A model generated the notes under the pieces. It saw nothing but the letters and a program-made list of their open reading frames with translations. It was not told the origin of the DNA and searched no databases. Below are positions 51,422 through 64,000 of a stretch of 64,000 nucleotides of DNA, in pieces. Position 1 is the first letter of the stretch. Every line of letters begins with the position of its first letter. The DNA is from Lama glama (Eukaryota). The stretch lies in assembly GCA_028534125.1 (NCBI GenBank), contig CM052817.1, positions 29,638,001-29,702,000 on the forward strand. The letters are read 5' to 3'. The position numbers were made by a program, and so were the translations under genes.

Positions 51422-51921
51422 NNNNNNNNNNNNNNNNNNNNNNNNNNNNNNNNNNNNNNNNNNNNNNNNNNNNNNNNNNNNNNNNNNNNNNNNNNNNNNN
51501 NNNNNNNNNNNNNNNNNNNNNNNNNNNNNNNNNNNNNNNNNNNNNNNNNNNNNNNNNNNNNNNNNNNNNNNNNNNNNNNNNNNNNNNNNNNNNNNNNNNN
51601 NNNNNNNNNNNNNNNNNNNNNNNNNNNNNNNNNNNNNNNNNNNNNNNNNNNNNNNNNNNNNNNNNNNNNNNNNNNNNNNNNNNNNNNNNNNNNNNNNNNN
51701 NNNNNNNNNNNNNNNNNNNNNNNNNNNNNNNNNNNNNNNNNNNNNNNNNNNNNNNNNNNNNNNNNNNNNNNNNNNNNNNNNNNNNNNNNNNNNNNNNNNN
51801 NNNNNNNNNNNNNNNNNNNNNNNNNNNNNNNNNNNNNNNNNNNNNNNNNNNNNNNNNNNNNNNNNNNNNNNNNNNNNNNNNNNNNNNNNNNNNNNNNNNN
51901 NNNNNNNNNNNNNNNNNNNNN
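51422..51921. other. Assembly gap (500 N)
   Basis: Run of N of round length, next to a CA repeat. Confidence 1.
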
Positions 51922-54900
51922 CAAATTTAAATTTCCACTCTTATTATTATAGTTTAAAAATTAAATTACATTTTACATTTAAAATTGAATCAAGTAATGA
52001 AAGAATCCTGAAGCATCACTGGAAAACACTAGAGGTTTCCTGAAACACATTTTGAAAAACTATTGGTGTGTGTTGACTCACTTTCAAAATACTTCATCTT
52101 TCTTTCCAAAAGTCACACAAATCAATCTGGTGTTTCTCACCCTCAACTTTAGTGCTGCTATTATACTGGGAGCTCAATTCCAATTAATAATTCATCCCAA
52201 AATATTTAGGAATAAATAAACTATGTGTTCATGTGGTCATTATGTATGTTTTAAGCTACTAAAATAATGATTGTGAGGTATTTCACTCTCACTTGCAGTA
52301 TGAATATGCAATAAGCTAACAGAGTTTTGATTGTTGTACTTACAATAAAAGATCACAGCACTTAAGATTGAACTTTGAAGCCCTCTAGAATGCAACCTAC
52401 TGTCCTTGAAATATTAATAGAGTAAAAATTATGAAATCTCCTTCAACCTGAGCTTTTTATATTCCTCTCTGAATATCTGGGGATGTGTCTCTGTTATCCT
52501 TTTAGAATGCTTTGGATATACCCTGAAGAGGCAGATGTCTTTAAGGGGACTTCAGACCTTTTCAAGAGTTGTGTCTGCAATGTTTGAGTGGATGCAATGT
52601 GATACGACATCCTGTTCCTGATTATTCACAAATCCCTTCTCATCACAAACTGGAATATGCTAAAGCTGTCTTTAAAGACACATCTCAGTAAAGTCTAAAA
52701 AATACATACCATCTTGAATAGGTATTTACTATTAGTGCTTTCAGGGAGTAGATTCTTTGCTATAAATGCTCCATCTGGCATATTGAAATGTTATACAGAG
52801 CATTGCATACATGTTTCTGTTCTAAAAACATCTATGCTTATAAATACATTTACAAAGATCCGTTTATAGGGAAATGATTTCTAGCAGAAATATTCACATA
52901 TATAATTTTCTTATGTCAACTAATTTAAGCCCAAAGAATTACCATCCATTAATTTATTAGTCTGTCCCCCACACCAGGTACTATTAGATGTATTCTTTTT
53001 ACTCCATTCCACAACGATGACACTATTCTGATTAGAATAAGTTAGAAACTCATTTTTTATTTTTATGTTAAGTACAGTTTTTTAAATACTTAGACAAAAG
53101 TGGAAAACTTAATGATTAACAGGTGTTCCAGGAGTCTAAGTAACTGACTTCAATTCTTGCTACTTTAAGAATACAATTCTTGTTGTCCCACCTCTCTAAG
53201 ATCTAAAAACTGGTTCTTGCCTCCTGGACACTCATTTTTAGATAGTTTTATTTTTGAGGATGGTATTGTTGGAAACTTTCTTGTAATGTTTGCAATATAA
53301 TGGAGAAGGTACTGGCCTCACTGTTCAAAGACCTTCGTTTTCTCCTTCTAGGACTTACGCGTTCTTCTACCATAGGTATATTATTCTCAATTAAACACAT
53401 TGAAGAAACTGTTTAAAAGTTGTACATAAATTAAAAATCAGGTAAAAAATGACTGCACATCTTTTCAAAGGCTCAAAGTGAAGCATTTAACAGTCCCATC
53501 CTAGAATTATTTGATTTTTTAGAGAAAAATGCCTTTGTTTTATTTAATATTTACCACTGATTTTGAATCAGACTCTCCAAGATAACACGATACCTTCCAG
53601 ATATTTGTCTGGAAGAGACAGAAACCATTTATGTGCAGTACATCAGATAACACTAACCCAAAGTTTACTGTTTCATTGCCTACAAATCGAGTTTTGTGTC
53701 TAAATTACTAATCTCTCTCTAGAATTATTTTTTCAGTGCTGACGCATGCTCACTGTATACTCAATGCTCACAACATACTATCAAAATCTCTTTTGAACTA
53801 AATTTACTATCATGCAGTTTCTCTCATTAATTAGGTAAATGTGACAGATGTTCATCCTGTATTTCTATGAGTCATATATCTGTAATGTTTTGGAAAATGT
53901 ACTTTGACAAACATTATCAATAAGTCTTTAAACTGCTGTAGAAAGAAGAGTTTACTTCCTTACCACCATTCTTGTGCCTAATATTTTTGTTTTGTTTTGT
54001 TTTCTTACAATTTCCAAATTGTGAGAAAGTCATTTTTGCTCTGTAGCCATTAGAGATTTACTTAAGTTACACTTTTAACATGGAATCCTGTGCACTAATG
54101 GATCATTCATACGGGAGGGGAATACTTGTTCCTGATTCCTGATTTCCATGAGGAGAGATTTTCTCTGGAACATTACAGCTCTTTCTTCTTCTCCATAGTC
54201 ACGCCCACAAAGAAGCAGAGTAACTAGGTATGCATGGTTCTACGTACAGTTGCCCTTGGGAGCCCGCTGCCTGCAGGTAACTCACTTATTGACATTCATC
54301 CATGGGCTTGCTATCCCTCACTGTGTGAGAAGCAACTCCCATGTGGGTTTGCCTTCTATAGCTAAGTCTTTAACAGCAATAAAAGAAATATTCTGGCCTT
54401 CACCAGATACTTCTTGATTCATTTTTTACTTGTTCATAATTCTGACAAGGAAGTTGTTAATCAATTGAGTGACCCTTTCAGAGTCTCAATCAGTTTCTAA
54501 TAATCTATGCATAAAATATTATTATGTCCGTGAAAAAAATAACAAGGTAACAGTTACAGTGTTCTCATTCAATTATATTGTTGTAAGTCTTAGAATTAAT
54601 TGCCTTAGTCTTTCTTCAGGAAACCAAATCAAATTAAATTCAGTGTGTATTAAAATTATGTTTTTATATTTTTTAGAAATAATTAATGTAAGTAATTTTT
54701 TGAAAATAAAATGAGACTAAAAATTCTGTAATATTAAAGACTCTTCTTGAAACCATCCTCTACTTGACTTTTTGACATAGTATTTGCCAAAATAGTCACT
54801 GATTTGAAGTTTATCAAAACAATTTCACAAGGAAAATCAAAATTAGCAGATTCTTATTTAGTCCAGAGTGCAGCACTTACCTGAACAAAAAGACTTTTTT

Positions 54901-55129
54901 TTTCTTTAGAGCTTTAAAAATAGATTTCAGCATCAACAGAGATGAGGTTATATTTAGGGTAGCCAATACTATAGAGTTGTTGGCAAGTTGAAGGTTTTAT
55001 TCCACTATATCAGTCTTTGAAAAGTGTTATCATTAGCCCTTTAAAACAAGTGTTTAAAGTTCAAAATATTTCCTTATATAAAATACATTTATCAGTGATG
55101 TTTTGTATGCATTCCAACCACAGTAATAT

Positions 55130-55390
55130 AATGCAATAAAAGTAAATATTATTGAGGGTTTATCATGTAGCTGGTCCTGGATTAGCATTCTGAGTATTTT
55201 TAATTCTAGCAATAAGTTTATGTATTGAACACTGTTATTATCCCTATTTTAAAGATGTGTATCCTAGGAAATAGGGAACTTAAGTAACTTGTCGAAAGTT
55301 AAACAGATTTAGGGGGCTAGACAGGTTTTAACCCATATATGTCTAAGTTCAAAAATGTTCACTCTTAAGAATGATGCTAGGCTGCTTCTC
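55130..55390. mobile_element. MIR relic
   Basis: TGTTATTATCCCTATTTTAAAGATG...TTAAGTAACTTGTCGAAAGTTAAACAG. Confidence 0.65.
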
Positions 55391-56002
55391 TTGAATAAAG
55401 GCCTAATTCACAAGCATCTGCAGGAAGTCCTTACAATCCATTACCTCTTCCCACTGGCTGCTGCAACCATTCTTGTTATAAATCTGATGCCAGTTCATTA
55501 ATATACTTAATGATATTTCTAGTCTCCTTTCATGTCTCACACTCCTCTTTCCTTTAAGTATGTTTCCACTGGATTTCACTCTCCAGTAAAGTATAAGCAC
55601 TTCATATTATGCCTCAGGTTCTGTCGTTTCTAGGAAACTTGAGATAAAATAGTGTTTTGTCATCCTCCCTATCTTCTATAATGCTGCAACAGAATTTAAC
55701 ACCTCATTTGTTACATGATATTACTTCTAAAGAGCTGTTGTTTGTATGTATAAACTCTAATGTCTAGACTAGGAATCCAATATTGTTGAATGAATGAATA
55801 TCTACACACACAAACCACATATACATACACTTGTGTGCAATGCATAAAATGATGGATGGGAACTTATGATACCTATAAATAAAGTAGTATTTGATGATTA
55901 TGTTTTATATATATTTGAGGTCATCTTAAGTGTTTCACATAATGCCATTTTATCTTTCTAACAAGTATGTGAAAGAAATATTAAATTATCATTTTACCAT
56001 TA

Positions 56003-58650
56003 AAATTTTATTTGAAAAAAGTGGTATGTAACATTGTATAAATTTAAGATGTACAGCATGTTACTTTGATACATTTGTAAATTGTAATATGATTGCTAAT
56101 GTAGTGATATATATCACATTTCATAATTATGGTACAATATTATCTTTTATATTCATTATACTGTGCATTAAATCTTTACAGCTTATTTACTACTTGTTAC
56201 AAGTCTGTCCCTTTAAATATCATCATCCTTATCCCCATACCTTCATTCCCTAGTAACCACCATTTTACTCTCTGCTTTTTACAGGTTTATCTTTTTTGAT
56301 TCCACATATAACTGATACTGTATAAGTTCCCTGTCTGACTTATCTCATGTACTAACAGGTGCTCAGGTCCAACTGTGTTGTCGCAAATAGGAAGATATCC
56401 CCCTTTCTCATGGCTGAATAATATTTCATTTTATATATGCACCACATCTTTTTATCCATCCAACTCTTAATGGGCATTTGGGTTATTTCCATGTCTTGGC
56501 TAGTGTAAATAATGCTGTGACAAACATGGGAGTGCATATATCTCATAAAAATCCTGTTTCCATTTCCTTTGGGTATATAACCGTAAGTGGAATTGATGTA
56601 TCAAAAGTAGATCTAGTTTTATTTTAACTGAAGCATAGTCAGTTTACAATGTTGTGTCAATTTCTGGTGTACAGCATAATGCTTCGGTCATACATGAACA
56701 TATATGTATTCATTTTCATATTCTTTTTCACCATAGATTACTACAAGATATTGAACATAGTTCCCTGTACTATACAGTATGAACTTGTTTATCTATTTTA
56801 TATATAGTAGGTAGTATCTGCAGATCTCAAAATTCCCAGTTTATCCCTTCCCACCCTCTCCCCCCGCTGGTAATCTTAAGTTTGTTTTCTATGTCTGTGA
56901 GTCTTTTTCTATTTTGTAAGTAAGTTCATCTTTTTTTAGATTCCACATATAATTGGTCTATTTTTAACTTTTTGAGGAACCTATACTGTTTTGTATAGTG
57001 GCTGGACAAATTCCATTCCTACCTACAATGTGTAAGTTTTCCCTTTTCACCACATTCTGGCCAGCACCTGTTGTCCCTTGTCTTCTTGATGATATCCACT
57101 TTAACAGGTATAATGTGATATCTTATTGTGGTTTCAATTTACATTTGCCTGAAGATTAGTGATGTTAAGCATCTTCTCATGTGCCTGTTGCCATTTTGAT
57201 ATCCTCTTTGGAAAAATGTTCATTTAGTTTGCCCAGTTTTTAAGTGGATTGTTTGTTGTTTTGTCATCAAGTTGACTAAAGTCTTTATATATGTTTGAAT
57301 ATTAGCCCCTTGCTTGATACCTGGTTTGCTAAAATTTTCCCTCATTCTGTAGGTTGTCTTTTCATTTTGCTAATTGTTTCTTTGGCTGTGTAGAAGCTAT
57401 TGAGTTTTATGTAGTCTCATTTGCTGAATTATTGTTTGTGCTTTTGGCATCATATTAAAACAAAATCATTGCCAAGACCAATATCGATGAGATTCTTACT
57501 TTTGGTTCCTTCTAGGAGTTATATGGTATTAGGTCTTATGTTTAAGTCTTTGATCCATTTTGAGTTAGTTTTTGTGAGTGTTGTGAGATAGGGGTCAAAT
57601 TTCATCGTTCTGCATGGGATTCTCCAGTTTTCACTGCACTGTTTGTTGAACAGACTATCCTTTCCCCATTGAGTATTCTTGGCTCCCTTGTTGAATACTA
57701 GTTGAGCATATATACCGTGATTTAATTCTGAGGTTTTATTCTGTTCCGTTGGTCAATGTTTCTGTTCTTGTGTCAGTACCATTCTGTTTTTATTACTATG
57801 GCTTAGTGGGATATTTTGAAATCTGGAATTGTGATACCTCTGGCTTTGTTCTTTTTTCTCAGGATTACTTTGGCTATTCAGAGTCCTTTGGTTCCACACA
57901 AATTTTAGGATTGTTTCATAAAGTTTGTGAAGAATGCCTTTGATATTTTGATGGGGATTTTTGATGAATCTGTAGATGGTTTGAGTTAGTATGGGCATTT
58001 TTACAATATTAATTCTCCTGTTCAGTGAACATGGGATGTCTTTTCATTTGGTTGTATCTTATTCAGCTTACTTCAGCAAAGCCTATAGTTTTCATTTTAC
58101 AGATCTTTCACTTCCTTGGTTAAATTCATTCCTGAGTATTTTATTATTCTGATGCTATTGTGAATGGCATAATTTCTTTATTCCATTTTTGTATGCTTCA
58201 TCATTAATGTAAAGGATTGCAATTAATTTCTGTATGTTGATTTTGTATTCTGCCACTTTACTGAAATTATTGATAAATTCCAACAGATTCCTTTTTTAAC
58301 TGACTAGGATTTTCTATATGAAAGACATATCCTCAGCAAATTGTGACAGTTTCACTTTTTTCTTTCTTTCTGATTTGAGTGTCTTTTGTTTCTTTGAGTT
58401 TTGCCTAATGCTCTGGCTAGTACTTTTAGTACTTACGTTGAATAGAAATGTAGGAATGGTGAGAGTGAGCATCCTTGTCTTGTTCCTGAACTTAGAGGAA
58501 ATATTTTCTTTTTTCTCCACTGAATATAAGATTAGCTGTGAGTTTGTCATATATGGTCTTTATTATATTGGAGTATGTTCTTTCTACACCCAAACTGTTA
58601 AGGGTTTTTAATCATATAAGGATGTTATATGTTGCCAAATGTTTTTTTTT
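56003..58650 (-). mobile_element. 5'-truncated L1 (~2.3 kb plus a nested insert)
   Basis: ORFs 58314..58550 (KVKLSQFAEDM), 57753..57998 and 56352..56546 are ORF2-derived. 3' UTR at ~56003-56350. Confidence 0.92.
56621..56954 (-). mobile_element. Younger camelid-type L1 3' end nested in the older L1
   Basis: Homologous to 25440-25910. Probable TSD GATCTAGTTTT (56610-56620) / GGTCTATTTTT (56955-56965), followed by AA. Confidence 0.85.
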
Positions 58651-58763
58651 GATTATTGAATCAAATCATCTATGACTTTTAGGTAAAATATTTTATTAAT
58701 TTTGTTCCAGTTACTATGCACATCAGATAATAATAAAATTGAAAGTCTGTAAAATTCTTATTA

Positions 58764-59042
58764 ATTAGTCAGTTCAGATTGCTGTAACAAAAATTTTGTA
58801 GACTGAGGAGCTTAAAAAAACGAACATTTATTTCTCAGGGTTCTGGAGGCTAGAAATCTGAGATCAGAGTGCCAGTATGGTTGGATTCTATCTTTTCTTG
58901 TATGAGCATTAATTCCATTCTTAAGGGCTTCACCCTCATGACCTAATTACCTCCCCAAAGCCTTACCTACCAATATCATCACATTGGAGATTAGGCTTCA
59001 ACACATGAATTTTGAGGGAACACAGACATTCAGTTTGCAATA
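58764..59042 (-). mobile_element. MaLR LTR (MLT1A-like), internally shortened
   Basis: ACATTTATTTCTCAGGGTTCTGGAGGCTAGAAATCTGAGATCA...ATGAATTTTGAGGGAACACAGACATTCAG. Confidence 0.85.
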
Positions 59043-60534
59043 TCATAGTTGTTTTGATTATTTTTGGTAGGTTTTAAAAGTGAGATTTTTGTGTATGATA
59101 ATTCTAACTCTTCAGTCACCTGGGAAATAAAAAATTATTTAACTGTATTTATATACTCTTTTTGGTAAACAAATCAGGTTGTACATTTTCATTGTTTGGC
59201 ACTAGAGTGATATTATTTGTCTTGTCTTAGAGTCTCTGACATTTGTTCTACAATTTAAAATAAGACTTTTAAAATAATTTAGAACAAATTTGCCACCAAT
59301 TGTCTTTGTGGCAGTAACTTTTATAAATGGATTTTATGGAAATTGCAGATATGTCTTTACAGAATATAAGTGACCTTTACTTGTCATTGTTGAAGAATAC
59401 ATCTTGTTGTTTCTAGTTCTGTTTTAATAGTGGGGAACAATATAAGAAAATGTGAAGAAAATTGTGAAGGTAAGAATTATCTAAAGGTGATAGATTTTAA
59501 ACAACACTTTCTTTGACCTTTGGTTATCACAGCCCTGTTTTGAAGACAGGAATTTGGAAAAGCAGCCCATACTATAGCAAGTGAACAATTTATGCTTAAT
59601 TCAACTCCCAGACATCTGTTTTAAAAATATACATTAAGTCAGTAGTACTTAAATGTAGCTAGTGAATTAAAAGCTCTGAATTGTCTGGAGCAGTAGTAAA
59701 GGACATTTAGATATTTACGTATTTGGGCAGAGCAAATGAATAGCTATGACAAATAGCTTTATGATGCACACATTTAAAATACTATATTTAGAACATGAGC
59801 ATTAGATGCTCTAAAACACTCAAAGAAAATATAGGAAGAAGTAGTCATTGTGTACAATGATATAAAATTGATCCTAACCCTAACACACTGAAGTTTGATC
59901 TAAGAAGAAAAAACAAACTATAAAGAACAATATGTGTAATATACCCATATTCATAGAACTATGTCTCTGGGAATAAATAGTTTAATTCTGTTTGTTTAAA
60001 TCTTTTGCCTCTATTATTTTATAAAATTACATCCTCAAATGTAGAAATCGACAATCTAAATTGATATTGTCAAATGACTATCATCAAGAATGGTATTCTG
60101 TTTAAACAATGAAACTAATAAATTAATACTAAGATATGGTAATATGATTGTTGTCACTAAACTCCAAAACACACAAGAAAGATTTCCCTTACAAGACATA
60201 TATCCCTTTTTAAGTATGGCAATATTTTATTTTTTCCCTTCAGTACCACCTATGTAATCTACTTATTGCAGATGAAAACCCTGCCAAAAATGATTGTATT
60301 AAACCTGGGAAATAGAGACCCAAAAAATAGCTAGGAAGTGAAAGGGGTTAATGTGTGATTGTAAATGTAACAGGTAAAGAGCATTATTGTAGATTTCAGA
60401 GCTGATAATTCAGTAAGTAATATCAGCTCTGTTTATAATCATTTTCTAAGATCTTGCATAATATTAACAATGTTTATGCAGCTAAGTTCTAACTTCTCAC
60501 ATTACATCCAAGGAGCTCCACTGACCTGAGGCTA

Positions 60535-61005
60535 AAAATGGGGGAGTAGGGAATACCGAGGACCTATTTTTCCATTGAAGCAAGTCAAGCTGGCAAAAAC
60601 TGTCAGAATCAACTTTACCAAAACTCTAGAATCTAGTAAAAGATTGATAGAAACCAGGAAATGCTTATTGAAGAAAGAAGGTGATAAATGTGTTTAAGCT
60701 CATCTTGGCATTTTGCTTTGCTGACTTCCATCTGCTATATCTTATCTCAAATTGGGCTGCTTTAGGGATGGAAGACCATTTTCCTTGTGTGTCACGCTAG
60801 CGCCAGAAGGAGGATATGAACCTTTTCCTCAGTGAATTGTGCTTCTGTATTTTGAACATCTGACAGAGCCCTGAGGGAATGCCTCAGGGTCTCATACTAT
60901 TCTTCTCACCTTGGAACTTGCTCAGGGTTGCAGCAGCATCCTGAGCAGAGTTTATCAAAAATACTTGAGGACATATATTAGTCTCAAATACTAGCAGGGC
61001 TAATT
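60535..61005 (+). mobile_element. Old L1 5' UTR fragment
   Basis: CTGGCAAAAACTGTCAGAATCAACTTTACCAAAACTCTAGAA resembles the 5' ends of old L1M families. Confidence 0.6.
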
Positions 61006-61011
61006 AATCTG

Positions 61012-61012
<1 letters not shown>

Positions 61013-61052
<40 letters not shown>
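61013..61052. repeat. (TA)n microsatellite
   Basis: Read directly. Confidence 0.95.
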
Positions 61053-61055
<3 letters not shown>

Positions 61056-63439
61056 ATGTAACTTTTTACAGCCTGAATGTCATGGTGTGAGGGGGACATT
61101 GCAGTTAGAGTAAGACCCTTGTCACAGATGGCAAATACAGAAGCGCGGTTTGACTCCTGGGGTGGTGGAAGAGGGGGCTCATAATGGTTGCCCATATACC
61201 TTGGAAACAGTCAAGCCAGGTCATGAGTTTACTCAGAAGAATTAGAGAAGCACAATAAGAATTAGCTAGGGATGTTACATATTGGTGTAGACAAGTATTC
61301 CAAGAGCTTTAAAACATTTAGAAGGCTGAAGATAGGGAGAGTAAGTCTAAGCAAAATGTCTAAATTAATTCTTGGGTAGTTGCTGCATAGAGTCTTAGAT
61401 CAAGAAAGATCTGAAACCAAATATGGATCAAGAAGAAATAATTGCCATAGTTGATTATTAATGACTAATTTAAGCTCGGGAAGGGGGAGTCTTTATTAAG
61501 AAGTATGGTGTAAGTTCTATGTATTTTATATTCCTGGCTTAGGAGATTTGTTCAACAGATATTCTTAGGTGCCCACTGTGTAAAAAGGGCTACATTTCTG
61601 GGCATTGAAAATATCAAAAGCAAAAGCCTAGGATTGGGTGGAAAAACATATACAAAAAAGATTTACAACCACACATGATAGTTACTGAATAATATGCAAC
61701 TGAAACATAGATGTAGAAACTACCAAAACCACCTAGGTAGAAAGGGTTAGCTTTACAGAAAGAGTGATATTTAAAAGAGTATTTGAGCATAAACTAAATG
61801 GGATGCATTCTAATACATTGCCATGAATTATTGAAATAGATTCTATTTTGTGCCAGTGGGTAAATTTATAGCTTTATAAGAAGATAAAGAATGTAAAGTC
61901 ACATTTTATCCACCTAGATAAAATATTTTAAATCATCAAAAAATTATGTTCTCATTAAAATTTAGAAAATTCAAGTTTTTAAATAATTCTAAGATTTGAA
62001 AATTCTAAGTTTATATTCCACATTAAAACATGGATCTAGAAACAATATAAAATAAGATAGAAATAATATTTTTAGAATTATTTTACTGAATTTTAATTTT
62101 GTCTCATATTTTTTGTATTACTTTAATAATGATAGCACAGTATTATTAAAATATTTTTATGTATCTCATATATATACAATGTCGAGTATGTCTCTGGTTA
62201 GCTTCTTTGAATAAAAAGAGACCATGTCAAAACATTGTGCTCAGATTGCCTCCCAGGAAAAATGAACAAAATTATATTCTTTCTAAGAGTTATGTTACAA
62301 TATTGGCCATGCTACAAATTCACAGTAATTTATTATCATTAAAACCATCACTGTTACATGTTTTGAAGTTTAAAATATATCTCATCATTTAATTTGGCAT
62401 TTATTTGATTAATTGTATGATTAAACAGTTTATGTATGTTTATGTGCCCTTCGTAGTGTTCTTCAATGAATGTTGCTTTGTATATTCTACACATTTCTCT
62501 ACTTGAAGCGGATTTTTAAAAGAGATTTTTGAATTCAGATACAAACAGCAATCTTTCTTTTTTAATGTGGGATGGTAAAAAAATTCTAATAAAACACTGT
62601 AAAATAAGAAAAAGTAATTTAATGGAATGTAATCTTATATACAATTTTACTCAGACTTTTTCAATATCAAGTAATTAATGACTTTGGAAGTACATTCTAT
62701 ACAAAATTTTTAAACAGTTTAAAATTTATCAACCCTAAAGAATAACACTAAGGAAATATCTAAGACATTTCAAATCAAATGCACACTTTCCCTCTTTTTT
62801 CATTTTGTTTCATCACAAGTCCTTGCTATGCTTATGATCATTGGAATTTTGCAGCAATTACAGTTTTTAAAAACTGTTTCCACAAAGAAAATGATAATAT
62901 GGCAGCCCCACACAAACTACTTTGAAGGTGAAAAATTTATTTTCTTGAATAAGAAATAAGAGAATAAATAAGAAAAAGTCTGTCAGATACACAGTAGGGG
63001 GATGCTTGATTCAAAGCCAGATGAGACAGATTAGCCACGGTGAAGGAAAAACAAACAATTCTCACTTCAATTATGGTCTGGAAGGTGCAGTGAAGAGAAT
63101 AGAGCAAGCACACAGCAAGCAATACAACCTTGCAAGTAAAGCTCCAGTGGTGTAGATGGAATCCTTTCCTCCTCCCAGCACTGACAGGTGGTGGGGACTG
63201 CTGGCTACAGGAGCCAGATGATTGAAGAAGTTTTTGTTTGTTTTAACTTTTAAGCTTTCTATGTTTATGAGTCTTTTGGGTCATAAATAATTTGCTTGTT
63301 TTACTCTTTTCTTTGCAAATTTTTATTCTTTCACTAGATCTAACATAAACATCACTTTTTTTTAGAAAAACAGCTCAAAATTTTTTCATAAAATATTATT
63401 ATTTGTAAAAGCACATATTTAATTATAAAATCTCTTTTA

Positions 63440-63545
63440 GATTAGACAATGCACCTTCTTTCATACTCTGCATCCAGTACCTAGCATAGTGTCTGGCACA
63501 GAATAGTACTTCAGTAATATTTGCCTAATGCGTAAATGAATGATT
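63440..63545. mobile_element. L2 3' end relic
   Basis: CCAGTACCTAGCATAGTGTCTGGCACAGAATAGTACTTCAGTAATATTTG...AAATGAATGA. Confidence 0.75.
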
Positions 63546-63554
63546 GTATGTCTG

Positions 63555-63797
63555 CCCATGCAATTTCCCTCTTCCTTTCACCACCTTCCTAGGGTGCAGG
63601 TTTCAACTCATAACTTTTCTTCCTGCTCTATTGAAGTACATGTGTATCTTTCTTACAGTGTTGGTTGTACAGGAGTCTTTCTGCCAGTATCCAGTTAGAT
63701 TTCTATAAGAATTTTTCCACATGTAGAGGTATTTTTCATGTGTTCATTGTGGAGATAGTGAGCTCCACGTCCTCTTATTCCACCATTTTGATCTCCT
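63555..63797 (-). mobile_element. Isolated L1 5' UTR start (~240 bp)
   Basis: Minus strand begins GGAGATCAAAATGGTGGAATAAGAGGACGTGGAGCTCAC, similar to the 5' UTR start at 39651-39800. Confidence 0.8.
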
Positions 63798-64000
63798 TCC
63801 CAATCAAGTGGTCTTAAATGTCCATTTAGGCAGGGATAATATAGCAAATCTTGATAACTGATTTATATCAAGGAATGAAATAAATTTTCATTCAAATATA
63901 ACATTGTTATGATATAAACGTTAACAATAAAATATTTTTATTTCAAAATTGATGATAGTGGCATATTCTATTTTCACAGTATATGGATAGTCTTTTCATT

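Noticed and set aside
51400..51924. 174-aa ORF
   Set aside because: Artefact of the 500-N gap.

Overview
AT-rich, CpG-poor mammalian genomic DNA that looks like a gene desert or the inside of a long intron. A tRNA-derived SINE of the Vic-1 type and the young L1 3' ends point to a camelid (camel, alpaca or llama). I recognise no intact protein-coding gene, RNA gene or CRISPR array. Every ORF I can recognise is a decayed LINE-1 ORF1/ORF2 fragment. The window is a layered mosaic of L1 copies of several ages, MaLR and ERV LTRs, hAT DNA-transposon remnants, MIR/L2 relics and microsatellites, with one 500-N gap. The best-supported points of interest are retrotransposition and repair footprints readable directly in the sequence: (1) an L1 3' transduction with two poly(A) tails inside an 11-bp TSD (227-696); (2) an L1 with a ~96-bp target-site duplication ending at a TTTT/AA site (33548-36532); (3) an 81-bp near-perfect copy displaced by 3.67 kb; (4) a 394-bp segment bracketed by 46-bp direct repeats; (5) an internally deleted L1 that keeps both ends; (6) an inverted L1. 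Several minus-strand exon-like segments are reported as speculation only. I found no convincing novel multi-gene system. Repeat subfamily names come from recalled consensus sequences and need RepeatMasker/Dfam confirmation.
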